Below the pieces are notes generated by a model, which saw only the letters and a list, made by a program, of their open reading frames with translations, ran no database searches and was not told the origin of the DNA. Made by a program: the position numbers and the translations under genes. A DNA stretch of 64,000 bases, from assembly GCA_041674405.1 (NCBI GenBank), contig JBAYVT010000005.1, forward strand, positions 7,120 to 71,119. The letters are read 5' to 3'. Of the stretch, positions 27,573 to 36,291 are shown piece by piece. The stretch's first letter is position 1; each line of letters opens with the position of its first letter. This DNA is from Patescibacteria group bacterium. Its GTDB lineage: Bacteria > Patescibacteriota > UBA1384 > XYA2-FULL-43-10.

Positions 27573-28205
27573 ATGAATCGAGAAAGAATTACGATCTCAA
27601 TAAAAGAAGATATTCTTAAAGCGATTGATAAGAGAATTGATGGCGTCAGGCTTCGAAACCGATCTCATGCAATCGAATCCCTAATCTCAGATATTTTGGG
27701 CCTTGATACAATATCGGATGCAATTATTTTGGCCGGTGGAGATAAACCGGAAAAATCACTGCCTGCAATAAAAGATTCATTACTGCGATTGAAAAAAATT
27801 GGGCTCAAAGATGTAATTATTGCAATTGGGTATCAAGGAGAAAAAGTAAAAGCCGAACTAAAAGATGGCAAGGATTTCGGTCTGAAATTAACATATCTTG
27901 ATAAAGGTGAAGGTACCGGTGGAGCTATTTTGCCCCTAAAGCCTGCTATAAAAAAGAATTTTATTGTTATTAACCTAAAAAATAAAATGGAGCTAGATTA
28001 CAAGATGTTCCTTGATTTCCACAAAGCCGGAAATTCATCGGTAACCATCGCCACAAATGACATCAAATCTTTTGAGGGGGTTTATCTTCTCGAACCCGAA
28101 ATATTTTCATATATTCCAAAGGGATTTTCCATGCTCGAAGAAGATATTTTCCCTAAGATTTTAAGGGAAGGTAAACTTTCTATTTATCCAGTGATAGGAA
28201 ACTAG
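27573..28205 (+). CDS. Ribbon-helix-helix (CopG-like) domain fused to a sugar-phosphate nucleotidyltransferase-like domain
   Basis: RITISIKEDILKAIDKRI...RNRSHAIESLI matches the RHH pattern. AIILAGGDKPEKSL and KIGLKDVIIAIGYQGEKV match the NTP_transferase G-x-G-x-R/K loop pattern. The ORF is open from 27534. Confidence 0.5.
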   Translation: MNRERITISIKEDILKAIDKRIDGVRLRNRSHAIESLISDILGLDTISDAIILAGGDKPEKSLPAIKDSLLRLKKIGLKDVIIAIGYQGEKVKAELKDGKDFGLKLTYLDKGEGTGGAILPLKPAIKKNFIVINLKNKMELDYKMFLDFHKAGNSSVTIATNDIKSFEGVYLLEPEIFSYIPKGFSMLEEDIFPKILREGKLSIYPVIGN

Positions 28206-28254
28206 TACTTCAAACTAGTTATTGATTCAATTTTAGCAATAAGGTAAAATATTT

Positions 28255-29553
28255 TTGATGAGAAAAAATCTTTGGATTATCTTCGGGTTTATTATCGCAT
28301 TAACTGCTCTGGCAGTTTTTATTGATATTCCAAAAAGCGCACTTTCGGGTGAAAAAGTTAAAGCTCTCCTTGGCTTGGATTTGCAAGGCGGCACGGAGCT
28401 AATTTATCAGGCTGACCTATCACAATCTACAAACAAGACTACCGACCTTACGAATTTAAAAAATGTCTTTCGCAATCGAATTGACCGCCTCGGAGTAGGA
28501 GAGCCCACAATTCAGACCACCGGAACCGACCGGATTCTTATTGAACTTCCAGGAATAAGAAATATTGACGAAGCCGTCCAAAAAATCGGCGAGACTTACG
28601 AATTGGTGTTTATGACCCAGTCAACTGCTGAAGAAGGAGGCCTTCAACTCCAAGCTTATTCCGAAGACTATACTTATCCCGGATATTGGAAAGCTACCGA
28701 TTTAACCGGCCGTAATCTTATTGCCTCTAAGACGGATGCTACTTTTCAAAATTCTCAAAGCTCTGTTCAGTCCGAGCCGGTTGTGTCATTAACATTTGAT
28801 AGTGCGGGCAAAGAAAAATTTGCCAAACTAACAAAAGAGAATTTAAATAAGCAAATTGCTATAGTCCTAGACAATCGTATAATTTCTGCCCCAAATGTCC
28901 AAGTAGAAATTACCGACGGACAGGCAATAATTACCGGCCAAAAAGACATCAAGGAAGCACAGGAGCTTGCTAGCCGATTAAAAGAAGGTTCACTCCCAAT
29001 CTCTGCTCAACTCGTCGCCCAGAAAAACATTGGTGCATCCCTAGGGGAAGGCAGCTTGAAAAAAAGCATTGTTGCCGCAATAATCGGTTTTTTGGTTCTG
29101 ACACTCTTTATGTTAATTTATTACAAATTTCCCGGACTTTTGGCAATTGTCGCCTTGGCAATTTATGCCACCCTGTCGATGGCCTTGTTTAAAATTATTC
29201 CGGTAACATTGAGCCTTGCGGGTATTGCCGGTTTTATTCTTTCAGTCGGTATGGCTGTTGATGCCAACATTTTGATTTTTGAAAGGATGAAGGAGGAACT
29301 AAAATCAGGTAAAGACAACAATCTGGCGATTCGCGACGGCTTTGTCCGCGCCTGGTCTTCGATCAGAGACTCAAACTTTTCTTCAATCATCACTTGTATT
29401 ATCCTTTATGTATTTGGTTCCGGCTCGGTTCGCGGCTTTGCGCTCACTCTTTTAATTGGCGTTATTGTCAGCATGTTTACCGCTGTTACCGTCACTAGAA
29501 CATTTATGCTTTTAATTTCACAAACGAACGCAAGAAGGTGGCTAAATGTTTAA
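28255..29553 (+). CDS. secD: Protein translocase subunit SecD
   Basis: Periplasmic-loop topology plus the 6-TM C-terminal block MFTAVTVTR. 432 aa. Confidence 0.85.
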   Translation: MMRKNLWIIFGFIIALTALAVFIDIPKSALSGEKVKALLGLDLQGGTELIYQADLSQSTNKTTDLTNLKNVFRNRIDRLGVGEPTIQTTGTDRILIELPGIRNIDEAVQKIGETYELVFMTQSTAEEGGLQLQAYSEDYTYPGYWKATDLTGRNLIASKTDATFQNSQSSVQSEPVVSLTFDSAGKEKFAKLTKENLNKQIAIVLDNRIISAPNVQVEITDGQAIITGQKDIKEAQELASRLKEGSLPISAQLVAQKNIGASLGEGSLKKSIVAAIIGFLVLTLFMLIYYKFPGLLAIVALAIYATLSMALFKIIPVTLSLAGIAGFILSVGMAVDANILIFERMKEELKSGKDNNLAIRDGFVRAWSSIRDSNFSSIITCIILYVFGSGSVRGFALTLLIGVIVSMFTAVTVTRTFMLLISQTNARRWLNV

Positions 29554-30439
29554 AATTATTAGAGATAGAAAACTTTGGTATATAATTTCCGGGCTGATGA
29601 TTGTTTTAGCCATCATTTTTTTGTTTGTTTTTAAACTGCGTGTCGGCATTGATTTTACCGGTGGTTCGATTGCAGTATTCAAAACAAACGACCCGTCAGC
29701 GGAAAATTTGATCGCCGAGGAATACAAAGCTGCTGGAATTGATTCCCCACAAATTGCAAAAAGCGGAGATAATGAAATTACTGTCAAGGCGCCAGCAATG
29801 GAGCAGGGGACAGAATCAAACATTTTGTCTAAATTACAAACGAAAATTTCTGACATTCAAGAGACTAGCTTCGATACTATTGGACCAACAATTGGCCGAG
29901 ATCTAACAAACAAGGCGGTCCTGGCAGTTATTTTTGCCTCTTTGGGTATCATTTTCTACATCGCTTACGCCTTCAGAAGATTGCCAAAGCCACTAAGCCC
30001 CTGGAAGTTCGGCGTTCTCGCTGTTTTGGCAATTATTCATGACCTTTTAATTACCGTCGGAATTTTTGCTTTGATAGGACACTTTTTTACATGGATGCAG
30101 GTCGACTCGTTGTTTATTACTGCCCTCCTTACAGTGATGGGCTTTTCTGTTCATGACACTATTGTTATCTATGACAGATTGCGAGAGAATTTTATTAAAA
30201 ATCCACACGAATCTTTTGGTTTAATTGCCGAGAAATCTGTTAATCAAACTCTGGCGCGGTCGATCAATACTTCACTCACAGCAATCCTGGTCCTTCTGGC
30301 ACTATTTTTGCTTGGGGCCGAATCAGTCCGCCATTTGGTGCTTACGCTCTTGATCGGAATGTTCATTGGAACATATTCCTCGATTTTCGTTGCCGCCCCA
30401 CTTGCAGTTTCGTGGCACAAAGTTAACCAAGAAAGTTAA
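29546..30439 (+). CDS. secF: Protein translocase subunit SecF
   Basis: DFTGGS, HDTIVIYDRLREN and IDFTGGS-family motifs. Overlaps the secD stop. Confidence 0.85.
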   Translation: MFKIIRDRKLWYIISGLMIVLAIIFLFVFKLRVGIDFTGGSIAVFKTNDPSAENLIAEEYKAAGIDSPQIAKSGDNEITVKAPAMEQGTESNILSKLQTKISDIQETSFDTIGPTIGRDLTNKAVLAVIFASLGIIFYIAYAFRRLPKPLSPWKFGVLAVLAIIHDLLITVGIFALIGHFFTWMQVDSLFITALLTVMGFSVHDTIVIYDRLRENFIKNPHESFGLIAEKSVNQTLARSINTSLTAILVLLALFLLGAESVRHLVLTLLIGMFIGTYSSIFVAAPLAVSWHKVNQES

Positions 30440-30584
30440 TCTCAGTATCCCAAAATAGGGGAGTGGTGAAGAAAATCGAGCAAAATATATTATTATTTAT
30501 TTTTCGTAAGTTTTTGCACCTGCCGATGAAATATATTAGGAAATATATTAGGAAAAATATTTTGTAAAATATTTGCGGAGAAAA

Positions 30585-30944
30585 ATGTACTTAATAATTC
30601 TTGGTTTAATTCTTGGTCTCGTATTCGGAGCATTCCTCAAAATTGATATTCCGACCGAATATGCCAGATATACTGCTGTAGCAATTCTCGGAATGCTTGA
30701 TTCTGTTTTCGGTGCTATTCGCGCTCAGGTGGAAGGAAAATACGATACAATTATTTTTATTACTGGCCTTGCTTTCAATATGGCTATGGCTGTCCTTATT
30801 ACATACTTCGGTGACAAGCTCAATCTTGATCTCTACCTGGCAATACTTATTGCCTTTACGATTCGCATTTTCCTAAACCTTGGCATTATTAGAACTACCA
30901 CAATAGACCATTGGCGCGCAAGCAAGCGAAACAAGAGCGAATAA
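30585..30944 (+). CDS. Small basic membrane protein, DUF1290/Sbp-like
   Basis: IPTEYARYTAVAILGMLDSVFGAIRAQVEGKYD and FTIRIFLNLGIIR resemble the Bacillus Sbp (DUF1290) pattern. A tandem 12-mer AAATATATTAGG x2 lies upstream at about 30527-30550. Confidence 0.55.
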   Translation: MYLIILGLILGLVFGAFLKIDIPTEYARYTAVAILGMLDSVFGAIRAQVEGKYDTIIFITGLAFNMAMAVLITYFGDKLNLDLYLAILIAFTIRIFLNLGIIRTTTIDHWRASKRNKSE

Positions 30945-31382
30945 GGTATAATTTACCATCATTAATCTATTAATTCATCCTGGGGCATTCTAGGGGTTTT
31001 TGATCGTATTTTGTGCTTTTTTTGAGGCATGAATAGGGTAGATTTGAAGCTAAAAAGTATATTACGACGCATTATGTATGTTATGCGTCGTTTATTGAAA
31101 TTTAATCCAATCCGTTTAAGTGCACCGCGAATTTCAATAATTAAAAATATTTCATAAAAACTACAAAAAAAACTTGAAAAAATTCAGCAATCTATTTTCC
31201 CTTTTATATTTCAATTTTCTTTTTCCGGAAGGAAAACATTTCGGTCAAGAATAAATAAAAAAATATCCGTCGATTTTGAGCACTCCCCCGCCATTACCTA
31301 AAAAATTAAAAAACGCCATTTTTCAGGCGCTACCACTTTGGGCTATTCAAAGAACTAAGGACTACAAACTACAAACTGAGAA

Positions 31383-34300
31383 TTAGAGTTGTACAGCTTT
31401 GCCCTCTTCTAGATCATCTGCGCTACTATTGTCTTTGCTTGCGGTTAAGCTCCCGTCATCTTTTTCGTCGACGACAGAGGTCCTAGTCGGTACTGGTTTT
31501 ATTTCCGGAGCAATTTCAAGGCTGGTACTCTCCCCGACCGGTACCACAGAATTCTCTTCTTTCAAAATGCCAACATTATTTACAACGGAGACATCCTTTT
31601 TTGTAGAATTTCCACCCTTGTTATTTTGGGGCTTATTTTTTTCTTTTTTCTTTTTTCCAGTCCCCTCTTTTTTATCTTCTTTTTTCAAGGAATCTTTTAT
31701 CTTCTCATTCAATTCAATCATTTTGAGGCCGGCGGGTGTAATTTCCACCCCTGTTTCTGCCATTTTTTCTTCATCAATATCTTCACCCATGTACCATTTC
31801 ACTCCGCCCCTGGCGGTTTGCTCTTTATAGATTTTATCTCCGATAATGTTTTGATATCTAAAAATGCGAGGTTTGCTTTCCTTCGCCTCAGCTGAATCAG
31901 CCTCCTCCTCTTTGGGTTCGGATTGCTCAACAACTTTCTCCGGTAATTCTTTTTCAATAACAGGCTCTGCTGAGACGGGTTTTGGTGCTACTTTTGTTTC
32001 CGTCGGTTTTTCCTCGGCCTTTTCTGCGGGTTTATATTCTTCAATACCTGGGGCAGTGATCGGTTTTTCTTCTGGTTTTTTCATTGTCAAAAGAGCTTCA
32101 AGGCCGCCTTCTTTAAACGCTTCGGCCTCTTTCTTTGCCTCCTCCTGTTCCTTTTTTCCGCGGTCTTCTATCGCCTGCTCCACCTCCCCTCGTGTTGCAG
32201 AATATTTTTTATGGGACAGATCAATAATTTTCTCGGCATTGCCAGTAAGTTCCATCCGTGGAGGCAAAGTTCTGGCAGAAAACGCTGGAGCAGAAACACC
32301 ATCTATTAAAAGCTTGATGTATATGTTGAACTTATCCAAATTCACCAAATCATTAGCATCAAAAACCGGTTCGAATTCTTTTACTAGATAATCGGCGTCT
32401 GTCCCGCCAACCCTAAAGGAAATAATCGTACCAGCATTGCCGAAAACCGCGTCTCTCACCTCTTCCGGCATTTGGGTAATGTATTGGTTGGCGATATTTA
32501 GGTTAAGATGATATTTTCGAGCTTCAGACAAGATCACAGCGAAAGACTCAGTCGCAAAATTCTGAAACTCATCAACATAAAGATAGCAATCAGGTCTTTT
32601 GTCAACAGTGACATCGGCGCGGCTCATTGCAGCAAGCTGAATTTTTGTAATAAGCATTGCCCCCAGTAGCGCAGAGTTATCCTCACCTATTTTACCTCGA
32701 GACAAATTGACCACCATTATTTTTTCTTCATCCATAATTTGTCGGATATCTAGCGTAGATTTAGGCTGGCCAACGATATTTCTAATTGTAGCTGTTGACA
32801 AAAACTGGCCGACTTTATTCAAAATCGGCGAAACCGCCTCGGTCCTGAACTTGCTGTCGTATTGTGCAAATTCCATAGTCCAGAACTCGCGAATAACGGG
32901 GTCCTTCACCGCCTCAACAACTCTTTCGCGAAATCTTGTTTCAGTAAGCATTTTTGGAATATCAAGCATTGTTGAGTTCGGATAATCAAGAAGAGCAAGG
33001 ACAGTATTGCGAAGTATATGTTCAAGCCTCGGTCCCCAGGAATTTCCAAAGATCTTTTTGAAAATACCGACGAATCCGGATGCGACCATTCCCTTAAAAT
33101 CATCTTCCACATGTTCCAGAAGGTTAAATGCAATCGGGTAAGCTCTATCAGCCGGATCAAACACAACCACATCTTCAACTCGATTATCGGGGACGCAAGC
33201 TAATACTTTTTCTGCAAACTCACCATGTGGATCGACGATTATTACTCCCCTATTTTCAAGAACATCATCAACCGCCATATTCTCTAAAAATACTGATTTA
33301 CCCGTACCAGACTTACCAATTACATATATGTGTCGCCTGCGATCATCCCGTTTGATACCAAAACGCCGATGGATATTTCGAAAAGTTGTCTCCCCTATTA
33401 CTGTCAAATCTTCAGGAGGGGTATTTTCCGAAAGTGGCAAATTCGCTGGCGGCTCCCCTTTCTTTGATCCGGACCAGACAATATTGGGCGTCTCTACCGA
33501 TTTGTGGGGAAAGTGATAAAGAGATGCGAGTTCTCCGATATTGAAAACATATCCCTCATCCTCAAACACTCTGCCACAATAATCTTGCCAAAATTCATGG
33601 TGATCGATTTCGATATCGCCGCTCTTGAACCCATTTAGATTTGTGGTGTTAAACTGCTTGAAAGCCGCAGCAATGCTCTGGGTTTTAACCTTCGCCGATA
33701 CTTCATCTTGCGAAATCGACATAATTCTAATCTTGGTAGCAAATCCGAGTTTCATGATTTTCATTTCGATGGACTTAAGGGCATCTTCGACAGTTCCTGG
33801 GAGCTCTACCTTATTTTCACCGGGAGCCGCGATTTCCGCTCCAGGGGTAACGGCCTGAACAAAAATCATTTTCAAAACGTTGCCGAACATACCAAAGATC
33901 TTAGAGATTACACCACCTGCTCCCTGTTTCTTGCCGGAGCGCACAGCTGAAATTAACTTATTTCCCCTATCCTGCCACTCATCCCCCACCGGACGAATCA
34001 AAATTTGCATCCAGACTTGTTCGCCAGGGTTCAATTTTGACATTACCGAGGTAATACCAGATATCGGGTCAACTTCAAAATCAGAGAAAAGCTTAATCGG
34101 ATAAACATCTGGCTTGGTCACTTTTAGCTCCGTTCCGGCAAAATGCACCTTGCCATCTCCAATTTCGGAAATATAATCAGAAACTTCATGAATTTCAACC
34201 GTCGGATATTGAGCATAAACTTGTCCCTCCACAAATTCCTTTAAGTGTTTCGGGACAAATACATAAAACTGAATATATTTATCCTTTGCAACAATCTCAA

Positions 34301-34544
34301 AAGACATATGGTTTTGAAAGAGAGCATTCTCCGAATAAATGCCATGAATCGAAGCAAACATTTGCTCAGCAGCAAGCGGTGCTTTTTCATTGTTTCTAGG
34401 AACATCAATTCTGATTATTGTGTATTCCTGGGACGAAAGCCACGAAAGGCGCCGTTCATTTTGGCGAATCTTAAAAAACTGCAAGAGTGTATATACTCCC
34501 CCCAGAATTAGCACTAAATATAAGAAATATAAAAATATTGCCAT
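31383..34544 (-). CDS. VirB4/TrbE/CagE-family (DUF87/AAA_10-like) T4SS ATPase, N-terminal TM anchor, about 300-aa disordered Lys/Glu-rich C-terminal tail
   Basis: N-terminal TM (IFLYFLYLVLILGG). Walker A HIYVIGKSGTGKSV, then VIIVDPHGEF. Walker B-like YLYVDEFQNF. The tail is KKEQEEAKKEAEAF and so on. Confidence 0.7.
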   Translation of the reverse strand: MAIFLYFLYLVLILGGVYTLLQFFKIRQNERRLSWLSSQEYTIIRIDVPRNNEKAPLAAEQMFASIHGIYSENALFQNHMSFEIVAKDKYIQFYVFVPKHLKEFVEGQVYAQYPTVEIHEVSDYISEIGDGKVHFAGTELKVTKPDVYPIKLFSDFEVDPISGITSVMSKLNPGEQVWMQILIRPVGDEWQDRGNKLISAVRSGKKQGAGGVISKIFGMFGNVLKMIFVQAVTPGAEIAAPGENKVELPGTVEDALKSIEMKIMKLGFATKIRIMSISQDEVSAKVKTQSIAAAFKQFNTTNLNGFKSGDIEIDHHEFWQDYCGRVFEDEGYVFNIGELASLYHFPHKSVETPNIVWSGSKKGEPPANLPLSENTPPEDLTVIGETTFRNIHRRFGIKRDDRRRHIYVIGKSGTGKSVFLENMAVDDVLENRGVIIVDPHGEFAEKVLACVPDNRVEDVVVFDPADRAYPIAFNLLEHVEDDFKGMVASGFVGIFKKIFGNSWGPRLEHILRNTVLALLDYPNSTMLDIPKMLTETRFRERVVEAVKDPVIREFWTMEFAQYDSKFRTEAVSPILNKVGQFLSTATIRNIVGQPKSTLDIRQIMDEEKIMVVNLSRGKIGEDNSALLGAMLITKIQLAAMSRADVTVDKRPDCYLYVDEFQNFATESFAVILSEARKYHLNLNIANQYITQMPEEVRDAVFGNAGTIISFRVGGTDADYLVKEFEPVFDANDLVNLDKFNIYIKLLIDGVSAPAFSARTLPPRMELTGNAEKIIDLSHKKYSATRGEVEQAIEDRGKKEQEEAKKEAEAFKEGGLEALLTMKKPEEKPITAPGIEEYKPAEKAEEKPTETKVAPKPVSAEPVIEKELPEKVVEQSEPKEEEADSAEAKESKPRIFRYQNIIGDKIYKEQTARGGVKWYMGEDIDEEKMAETGVEITPAGLKMIELNEKIKDSLKKEDKKEGTGKKKKEKNKPQNNKGGNSTKKDVSVVNNVGILKEENSVVPVGESTSLEIAPEIKPVPTRTSVVDEKDDGSLTASKDNSSADDLEEGKAVQL

Positions 34545-34589
34545 CCTGATACCAATTTTATCATGAATTGCACTTTAATTAAAAGTGAA

Positions 34590-35612
34590 TTATGCCAGGA
34601 TATATTTACTTGATCCAATTTTCTTAAATTCGCTTTGGTTTTGCAGATTGATAAGAACTGTATTTTTTCTTACTTGGCGTTGTTTCAAAACTTCCTTGTA
34701 AATATCTGAGAAATCCATAGCGCCGTCTTCCTGCTTCAAAACGGCAATTATGATATCTTTAACCGTTCCCGGGGCGTATCCCCACTCTTTTAGTGCGTAT
34801 ATGCCGCGGCCAATCAACACAAAACGAGCGTCGGCAATGAGTTCGTTGTGAACAGTTGCGGGAACTACTTTTTTCTTATCAAATTGTTCTTCTGAGATTA
34901 CCTTTGCAATATCGGTAAAATGCATCGGTTTTTTATTTTTGCGAAGAACGTAGTAAATTTTATCCCTGACCGTTCTTGGGTTGACTTCCGGCCATTCGGA
35001 AAGACCAAGAGATCCTTCGTAGTCCTCAACAATTTTTTTTGAAATTCTCGGCAAATATGACAAAAATGAAATTTTATGAACTTTGTGATTCGGGTGTGCA
35101 TCAATTAATATATCTAACTTTTGGGGGCTTTTCTGTTTCTTTAAATAATTTGCCCAATCGCGAAGAATTTTAATTACTTCATCTTTGGATAAATCATTCA
35201 AAATCCAGCTTTCATGTAATTCGTCATGTTTTTCGATTGCTTGAACTTCGGGAACAACTTTAATAATCAAGTTCAACGAGTTTATTTCCTCGTCTTTTGC
35301 AAGAGCCTGGCTTTCTAGTACTTTCGCCGCTATATCCTCTTTGTGAATAATACCTTGTGTTTTGATTTCTCCCAAAATGTCACCGGCAAGAGCAGAGTTC
35401 TCTTCGGCAATATACTTAGCAACTTTTTTAAGCCCTTCTTTTTCAATTTGCCTGATTCTTTCTCGCGATAGGTGCAAATCTCTGCCAATAGATGATAGAG
35501 TTCTCCCCCTGCCATCAATTCCGAAACGACCACGAATGACCAGGGCTTCTTTTTCTTTAAGCCCTGATGTCGCCTTGTCAATAATAGTTTTTGCCGACCT
35601 GATTTTTTCCAT
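34590..35612 (-). CDS. Sigma-70 region-4-like HTH protein with two C-terminal HARE-HTH-like modules (putative transcription factor)
   Basis: LVIRGRFGIDGRGRTLSSIGRDLHLSRERIRQIEKEGLKK matches sigma region 4. MHFTDIAKVISEE...VHNELIADARFVLIGRGIYALKEWGY matches the HARE-HTH pattern of RpoE-delta-like proteins. Confidence 0.5.
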   Translation of the reverse strand: MEKIRSAKTIIDKATSGLKEKEALVIRGRFGIDGRGRTLSSIGRDLHLSRERIRQIEKEGLKKVAKYIAEENSALAGDILGEIKTQGIIHKEDIAAKVLESQALAKDEEINSLNLIIKVVPEVQAIEKHDELHESWILNDLSKDEVIKILRDWANYLKKQKSPQKLDILIDAHPNHKVHKISFLSYLPRISKKIVEDYEGSLGLSEWPEVNPRTVRDKIYYVLRKNKKPMHFTDIAKVISEEQFDKKKVVPATVHNELIADARFVLIGRGIYALKEWGYAPGTVKDIIIAVLKQEDGAMDFSDIYKEVLKQRQVRKNTVLINLQNQSEFKKIGSSKYILA

Positions 35613-35623
35613 CTTGTTTCTTT

Positions 35624-36193
35624 CTAGATTAGATTATCAACCGCAGCCCAGACTGATTCCTGGTCTTTTGGAACAATTATTCCAAGGCTGTCCCCTGTTT
35701 TGGCTTTAAAATATGTTACGGAAGCTAAAAGAACTTTGTACTTTTTTCCTTCAACATCGACTTGATATTCGCCGTCACCAGTTTCTTCCAATGTGCCAAT
35801 CAAGTTCTTTCTGGGAACGGGACCGATTTGCTTGTAAACAAACTTGCCATCCTCAGAAATGGTTAGCTTGAGAATATCTCCCTCAATGAGCTTTGATTTT
35901 GACGCATAATTTGGCGGAACTTGATAGGTTTTTTTATCAGAAGAAATCATTTTTTCACCATCAAAAACTCCCTGAATTACCTCCCCATCATCTTCTGTTT
36001 CAAGTAGTGTCGCTTTTTTGTTTATTTCTGATGCGAAAAGTTTCGATTTGATAGCCCTGATCTGGTTCTCACAGGAATCAAGCAATTTCCTTATTTCTTC
36101 AAGATCGTTTTTGGCGACCATATTGGCCTTTCGTTTTATTTCAGTTTTGCTATTCTCAGCTATCACATTACCACAATAATGAACTTGAGTCAA
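35624..36193 (-). CDS. Hypothetical protein (189 aa)
   Basis: The ORF is open with no recognisable motif. It lies between the two VirB4-like genes. Confidence 0.35.
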   Translation of the reverse strand: MTQVHYCGNVIAENSKTEIKRKANMVAKNDLEEIRKLLDSCENQIRAIKSKLFASEINKKATLLETEDDGEVIQGVFDGEKMISSDKKTYQVPPNYASKSKLIEGDILKLTISEDGKFVYKQIGPVPRKNLIGTLEETGDGEYQVDVEGKKYKVLLASVTYFKAKTGDSLGIIVPKDQESVWAAVDNLI

Positions 36194-36208
36194 CGTTTTT
36201 GCCGCTAG

Positions 36209-36275
36209 TTGTTAGTTTCTAGTTTCAGGAAAAACTCAATAATAAAATCAAGCCTTCTACAAACTAGAAACTGGC
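36209..36275. repeat. Long inverted repeat (AGTTTCTAGTTTC ... CAAACTAGAAACT) 3' of VirB4-2; shares the motif CTACAAACTA[C/G]AAACTG with the region 3' of VirB4-1 (31358-31378)
   Basis: 36209-36222 is complementary to 36259-36272. A 16 of 17 identical word follows each VirB4 stop. Confidence 0.45.
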
Positions 36276-36291
36276 TACTAGAAGCTATCTG

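Noticed and set aside
31399-34511. Plus-strand ORFs (for example 31399-31830 and 31864-32391) overlapping VirB4-1
   Set aside because: They are Ser/Phe-rich reverse-frame translations of the KE-rich tail and ATPase gene and have no initiation signals.
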